From assembly GCA_041288095.1 (NCBI GenBank), contig JBGGMJ010000019.1:1-10462 (forward strand): a stretch of DNA of 10,462 nt, written 5' to 3'. Every line of letters starts with the position of its first letter. The first letter of the stretch is position 1. Positions 7,029 to 10,462 of the stretch are shown here, piece by piece. The DNA is from Myxococcota bacterium. GTDB lineage: Bacteria > Myxococcota > XYA12-FULL-58-9 > JALHOP01. The translations under genes and the position numbers were made by a program. Below the pieces are notes generated by a model. It was not told the DNA's origin and ran no database searches. It was given only the letters and a program-made list of their open reading frames with translations.

Positions 7029-7556
7029 TCAATCGTTCGACGGCAGGTCGACCGGCGCGGCGCGCTTCTTGTGCCTCTCCATCCAGGTCTCGAGAGCAGC
7101 GGCCGAGCCTTTCATGTAGCGCGGCGTCGGGATGCTCTCGGGCATCGAAACGAGGCTGTGCAGCTCGATGTAGCGGCGATCGCCGGTGATGACGAACATG
7201 CCGTTGCCCGCATGCATGATGTCGCGAGCATCGCGATGCTCGAGGCCGGGCGCCGCGAGGAACAAGTAGACGCGTAATCCGGCGCGCAGATCGCCGCTCA
7301 GCTCGTCGTCGCCCTTATCCATGGCCCAAACCTCGACGGTCTGCAGGTCACCAGCCAACGTCTCCGCCTTGAAAACGCGCTCGACGGCGACCGTTGCGTA
7401 GCGACCTCCCTCGTTGTCGTGGATGTTGCGAACCTCACCGCGGACCACCAATGCGGCGTTGTCCCACAACGCATCGAGCGTGGTCTGCTCCACTTTAGCG
7501 GAGGCAACCGACGAGAACGAGCAAACCAAGATTGCAGCGAATAGGCGCATGGTCAC
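7029..7556 (-). CDS. Hypothetical secreted protein (signal peptide; possible TIMP/NTR-like OB-fold)
   Basis: Sec-type signal MRLFAAILVCSFSSVASA with an A-S-A cleavage site. TLDALWDNAALVVRGEV, VAVERVFK and GLRVYLFL resemble bacterial TIMP-like secreted domains. GAGG lies 8 nt upstream of GTG 7556 (alternative ATG at 7550). The ORF fills the gap between its neighbours. Confidence 0.75.
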   Translation of the reverse strand: MTMRLFAAILVCSFSSVASAKVEQTTLDALWDNAALVVRGEVRNIHDNEGGRYATVAVERVFKAETLAGDLQTVEVWAMDKGDDELSGDLRAGLRVYLFLAAPGLEHRDARDIMHAGNGMFVITGDRRYIELHSLVSMPESIPTPRYMKGSAAALETWMERHKKRAAPVDLPSND

Positions 7557-7571
7557 GACCCTAACCTCAGG

Positions 7572-8336
7572 CTAACCGTCGAGTCCAACGCGCAACCAGG
7601 CGATGCGCTCGGCTAGCTTCGGCGACTTGAGCACGCGCTTGACGACGAACATCGCGTCAGCACGCGCCGCGGCCGAAAGCGACCGCAGCTTCGGCATCCA
7701 CTCCGCTTCGAAAGCCACGAGGGTCTCGCGCTGGGGACCGGGATGCGACTCGAGCCATCGCGTCAGCTGGTCGACTGTCGGGTCGCGCGTCGCGGCGGCA
7801 ACGTCGAGCTTCGAGCGCGGCGGCACGAGTGGCGCCACGCGACGAAATATCGACTTGCCGCTCCTGAATGCAGCTTGCATGACCGCCGTCTCGAGGACGA
7901 CCGGGTCGCCGTCGGCGCGCTCATCGTAAAAAGCCTCGCCGAGCGGATTGCTGCCGCGAATGTAGTCCCAGCTGGGATTCTGCTCACCGCCGAAGTGCTG
8001 GATGTAGTCCGCTTTGACGACATCCTTGTCGATGAGGTCCCGCAGTGCCAGCTGCACATGGTGCACCACGCGGGCGCGGATGCGCGAAACCTGCAACGTC
8101 GGCGGCTTACCCGTCGCGTCACGGTCTACATCGAGCACGTTGGTCGACAGCTGCACGCAGCCGACGAAGGCGTCGTTCTCGAGCGACATACCGAGGCATT
8201 GAAGATTGCCGGTGCATTCGAGTCGTCCGCCACCGCGGACAGTGACCCAACCGTTGACGAAGACGTTGCCTTGGAAGGCCTTGCGCTCACCGGTGTCGAT
8301 GACGAGGTCGACGGAGACGACACTTTCGGAGCTCAT
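7572..8336 (-). CDS. Hypothetical protein; beta-strand-repeat (beta-helix/bactofilin-like) N-terminus and helical C-terminus
   Basis: 254-aa ORF with protein-like composition. Its ATG overlaps the GST stop (ATGA at 8333-8336) and it ends 15 nt from the next gene. No family recognised. Confidence 0.72.
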   Translation of the reverse strand: MSSESVVSVDLVIDTGERKAFQGNVFVNGWVTVRGGGRLECTGNLQCLGMSLENDAFVGCVQLSTNVLDVDRDATGKPPTLQVSRIRARVVHHVQLALRDLIDKDVVKADYIQHFGGEQNPSWDYIRGSNPLGEAFYDERADGDPVVLETAVMQAAFRSGKSIFRRVAPLVPPRSKLDVAAATRDPTVDQLTRWLESHPGPQRETLVAFEAEWMPKLRSLSAAARADAMFVVKRVLKSPKLAERIAWLRVGLDG

Positions 8337-8977
8337 GACTTACCCGCGTGAGCCGCCAGCTGGGCGGCGAAGGCGCGCTTGTACGCCGGCCGTGCTTCGC
8401 CGCGAGCGACAAAAGCATCGAGGTTCGGGAATTCGTCGAGGATGCCGGAGGATCTCAGCCTGAGCAGCACGGACACCATGATCAGATCGCCGGCGCTGAA
8501 GGCACCGTCGAGCCAGTCGGCGCCGTCCAGGCGCGCGGAGAGCTGCTTCAAGCGGTCGCGAATCCGCTCGGCGACCAGCGGCAGACGGTCCCGGGTCCAC
8601 GGCTTGTCGCCTTCCAACAGCTTGGCGTTTGCGAGCTCGAGGATTGGCGGCTCGACCGTGCTGAGCGCGGCAAACATCCATGCGATCGCGCGCGCCCGCG
8701 CGTTGGCCTCGGCCGGCAGCAGACCCGCGTGGTGCTCGGCGAGGTGGAAGACGATCGCCCCGGTCTCGAACAGGGTGAGCTCACCTTCCTCGAAGGTTGG
8801 AATCTGGCCGAAGGGATGAAGCGCGAGGTGCGCGGGTTGCTTCAGAGCCTTGAACGAAAGAAAACGAACGTCGTAGGGCTGGCCCACTTCTTCGAGCGCC
8901 CAACGGACGCGCGTGTCGCGAGCCAGACCCTTGCCGCCGTCGGGTGAGCGTTCGAAGGCGGTGATGGTGATGGTCAT
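8333..8977 (-). CDS. Glutathione S-transferase family protein
   Basis: MTITITAFERSPDGGKGLARDTRVRWALEE, HPFGQIP, LFETGAI, WMFAALSTVEP and FSAGDLIM. The real start is ATG 8977 (214 aa); the 77-aa extension in the track overlaps the upstream gene. Confidence 0.94.
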   Translation of the reverse strand: MTITITAFERSPDGGKGLARDTRVRWALEEVGQPYDVRFLSFKALKQPAHLALHPFGQIPTFEEGELTLFETGAIVFHLAEHHAGLLPAEANARARAIAWMFAALSTVEPPILELANAKLLEGDKPWTRDRLPLVAERIRDRLKQLSARLDGADWLDGAFSAGDLIMVSVLLRLRSSGILDEFPNLDAFVARGEARPAYKRAFAAQLAAHAGKS

Positions 8978-9024
8978 CGGGACTAGAGCTATCCCGCCGA
9001 CTCGCGCCCAGCAACCGGCCGAGG

Positions 9025-9480
9025 CTAGAAGTTCGCCGTTCTGAGCTTCTCCGCAATCACGTTCAGGAGCTCGCTCGTGAGCACTCCTCCCCCGCGCACC
9101 TCGAGCGTCTGCGTGACGGGTTGCAGAGGGCTCTTGCGCCCCTGGGTGAGGACCATCTCGAACGGGTTCCCTCGGCTGTCTCTGACCGCGAGCGTGAGGT
9201 CGGACCACTTGGTGCCATCCGGGAAGCTCTCTCCACCGGGGACCTTGGCATCCACGCGGGCATCCACGCCGAGCTTCTTGAAGAGAGCCGGGGTTTCCCC
9301 AACCTTGAACGACTCGAAGGCCTGCCGCAGACGCAAGTACTGAGGATGGCTCGGATGCGCCACGGCGATGGTCAGATATTGATGCGCCGACTCGCGCCCG
9401 GCCGCGCGCGCGTGCCCTGCTGGGTCAGGGAGCATGGGCACGTCAGCGGGCAGCATTAGCGAGACGAGAGGGTTGCTCAT
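9025..9480 (-). CDS. Hypothetical protein (about 151 aa)
   Basis: The most protein-like ORF filling the gap between the GST and the hydrolase. ATG 9480 was chosen because of GGGGG 5 nt upstream; alternatives are 9492 and 9537. No family recognised. Confidence 0.62.
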   Translation of the reverse strand: MSNPLVSLMLPADVPMLPDPAGHARAAGRESAHQYLTIAVAHPSHPQYLRLRQAFESFKVGETPALFKKLGVDARVDAKVPGGESFPDGTKWSDLTLAVRDSRGNPFEMVLTQGRKSPLQPVTQTLEVRGGGVLTSELLNVIAEKLRTANF

Positions 9481-9554
9481 AGGAGCCCCCATGCTTGAGC
9501 CTTTGGATTCTTTCCTGCAGGCTTCCCATCGGCTCATGCCACGAAGGCACCTCG

Positions 9555-10462
9555 ATGACTCAGTCCCGAAGATACGCCGATCACCTTCGCGGACTCGCCA
9601 AGCTCGCGGTCACCGCCACATCGGGTGTCACCGGCGTCGTCGAGGAGATGCACACCACCATCGCCAGCGGCCCGGCGATCTTGGGACGACCATTGTCGCG
9701 GCCGATGCGCGCGCTGCTGCCGCTGATCTACGGACGAGTGCGCGGCGTGGCTGGCTTGGTCGGTACGAGCATCGACTTGGTGCTGTCATGGTTCGACGCG
9801 CTGCTCGGCGAGGGCGCGCCTAGCTCCGAGGTCGATGCGGTGGTCGCGGCGCTCAACGGCGTCATCGGCGACTATCTCGAGCAGACCGGCAACCCGCTGG
9901 CGATCGCAATGGCGTGCTGCGCCGACGGCCTGACTCTCGCCCTCGACGAGCCACTCGCGACCCAGCTCCCCAATGCCACCGGCAAGGTCGTCGTGCTCAT
10001 TCACGGCTCGTCGATGAACGACCGGCAATGGAACCGCGCCGGCCACGACCATGGCGCGGCGCTCGCGCGTGACCTTGGCTACACGCCCATCTACCTCCGC
10101 TACAATAGCGGACTGCACATCTCCGCGAACGGCCGCTCGCTCTCGCGCATGCTCGAAGCACTGGTCGACGCCTGGCCGGTCGAGCTCCGCGAGCTGACAC
10201 TGCTCGGGCACAGCATGGGAGGACTCGTGGCGCGCAGCGCGTGTCACGCCGCGGCGCAGGAACAGCACCACTGGCCGACGAAGCTCGGTCGGCTGGCGTG
10301 CCTGGGCTCACCGCATCACGGAGCGCCGCTCGAGCGTGGCGGTAATCTCGTCGACGTGCTGCTCGGAGTCAGCCGCTATAGCGCACCACTCGCGCGTCTC
10401 GGGCAGATCCGCAGCGCTGGTGTCACCGATCTACGCTACGGCAACGTCCTCGACGAGGACTG
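9555..10462 (+). CDS. Alpha/beta hydrolase, lipase/esterase (PGAP1-like) family; 3'-truncated; not in the supplied ORF track
   Basis: Manual translation from ATG 9555 (GAAGG at 9543-9547) is open to the window end: MTQSRRYADHLRGLAKLAV...ALNGVIGDYLEQTGNPLAI...VVLIHGSSMNDRQW...YLRYNSGLHISANG...LLGHSMGGLVARSA (GHSMGG at 10206-10223)...LGSPHHGAPLERGG...IRSAGVTDLRYG. Confidence 0.92.
   Translation, partial: MTQSRRYADHLRGLAKLAVTATSGVTGVVEEMHTTIASGPAILGRPLSRPMRALLPLIYGRVRGVAGLVGTSIDLVLSWFDALLGEGAPSSEVDAVVAALNGVIGDYLEQTGNPLAIAMACCADGLTLALDEPLATQLPNATGKVVVLIHGSSMNDRQWNRAGHDHGAALARDLGYTPIYLRYNSGLHISANGRSLSRMLEALVDAWPVELRELTLLGHSMGGLVARSACHAAAQEQHHWPTKLGRLACLGSPHHGAPLERGGNLVDVLLGVSRYSAPLARLGQIRSAGVTDLRYGNVLDED

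Noticed and set aside
5951..7189. 412-aa + strand ORF (and 5558..5917) antisense to the repeat-cNMP gene
   Set aside because: It is codon-aligned with the real gene on the opposite strand. This is expected when GC-rich codon usage avoids TTA/CTA/TCA. It has no motifs.
8978..9208. 77-aa N-terminal extension of the GST in the ORF track (likewise 4280-4333 for DUF1993)
   Set aside because: Family homology starts at MTITITAF (8977) and at MNPYK (4334). The GST extension overlaps the upstream gene out of frame.
9247..9269. 11-bp direct repeat GGCATCCACGC x2 (12-nt period)
   Set aside because: An in-frame micro-duplication encoding VDAR/VDAK. With only two copies it is not a CRISPR array or a target-site duplication.
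9025..10462. Lipase plus adjacent orphan as a T6SS Tle effector-immunity pair
   Set aside because: The genes are divergent, the orphan has no signal peptide or lipobox, and no vgrG/PAAR/adaptor gene is in the window.

Overview
GC-rich bacterial window, densely coding, with 13 plausible CDSs. A Myxococcota/deltaproteobacterial origin is inferred from protein style only. I see no rRNA, tRNA, CRISPR array or mobile element. On the + strand: a 5'-truncated membrane-anchored PHP-fold protein, a DUF374 (LpxJ-like) acyltransferase, a peptidase C26 (PuuD-like) amidotransferase and YaeQ. These converge on a minus-strand minimal DEAD-box helicase of the YfmL type (motif II DETD). Next come DUF1993 and VOC genes (+). 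Converging on them is a tightly packed five-gene minus-strand run: orphan, glutathione S-transferase, orphan with a beta-helix-like N-terminus, secreted orphan, and a 585-aa protein of 13-residue helical repeats plus a cNMP-binding domain. A divergent, 3'-truncated GHSMG alpha/beta hydrolase, absent from the ORF track, ends the window. The best leads are (1) the PHP protein, which keeps its fold motifs but has lost most metal ligands and is coupled to the acyltransferase gene, and (2) the 13-mer repeat/cNMP protein, whose phosphate-binding cassette lacks the canonical Arg, within its uncharacterised gene run. The sequence alone does not show a clear new multi-gene system. All family calls are by-eye motif recognition, not database results.
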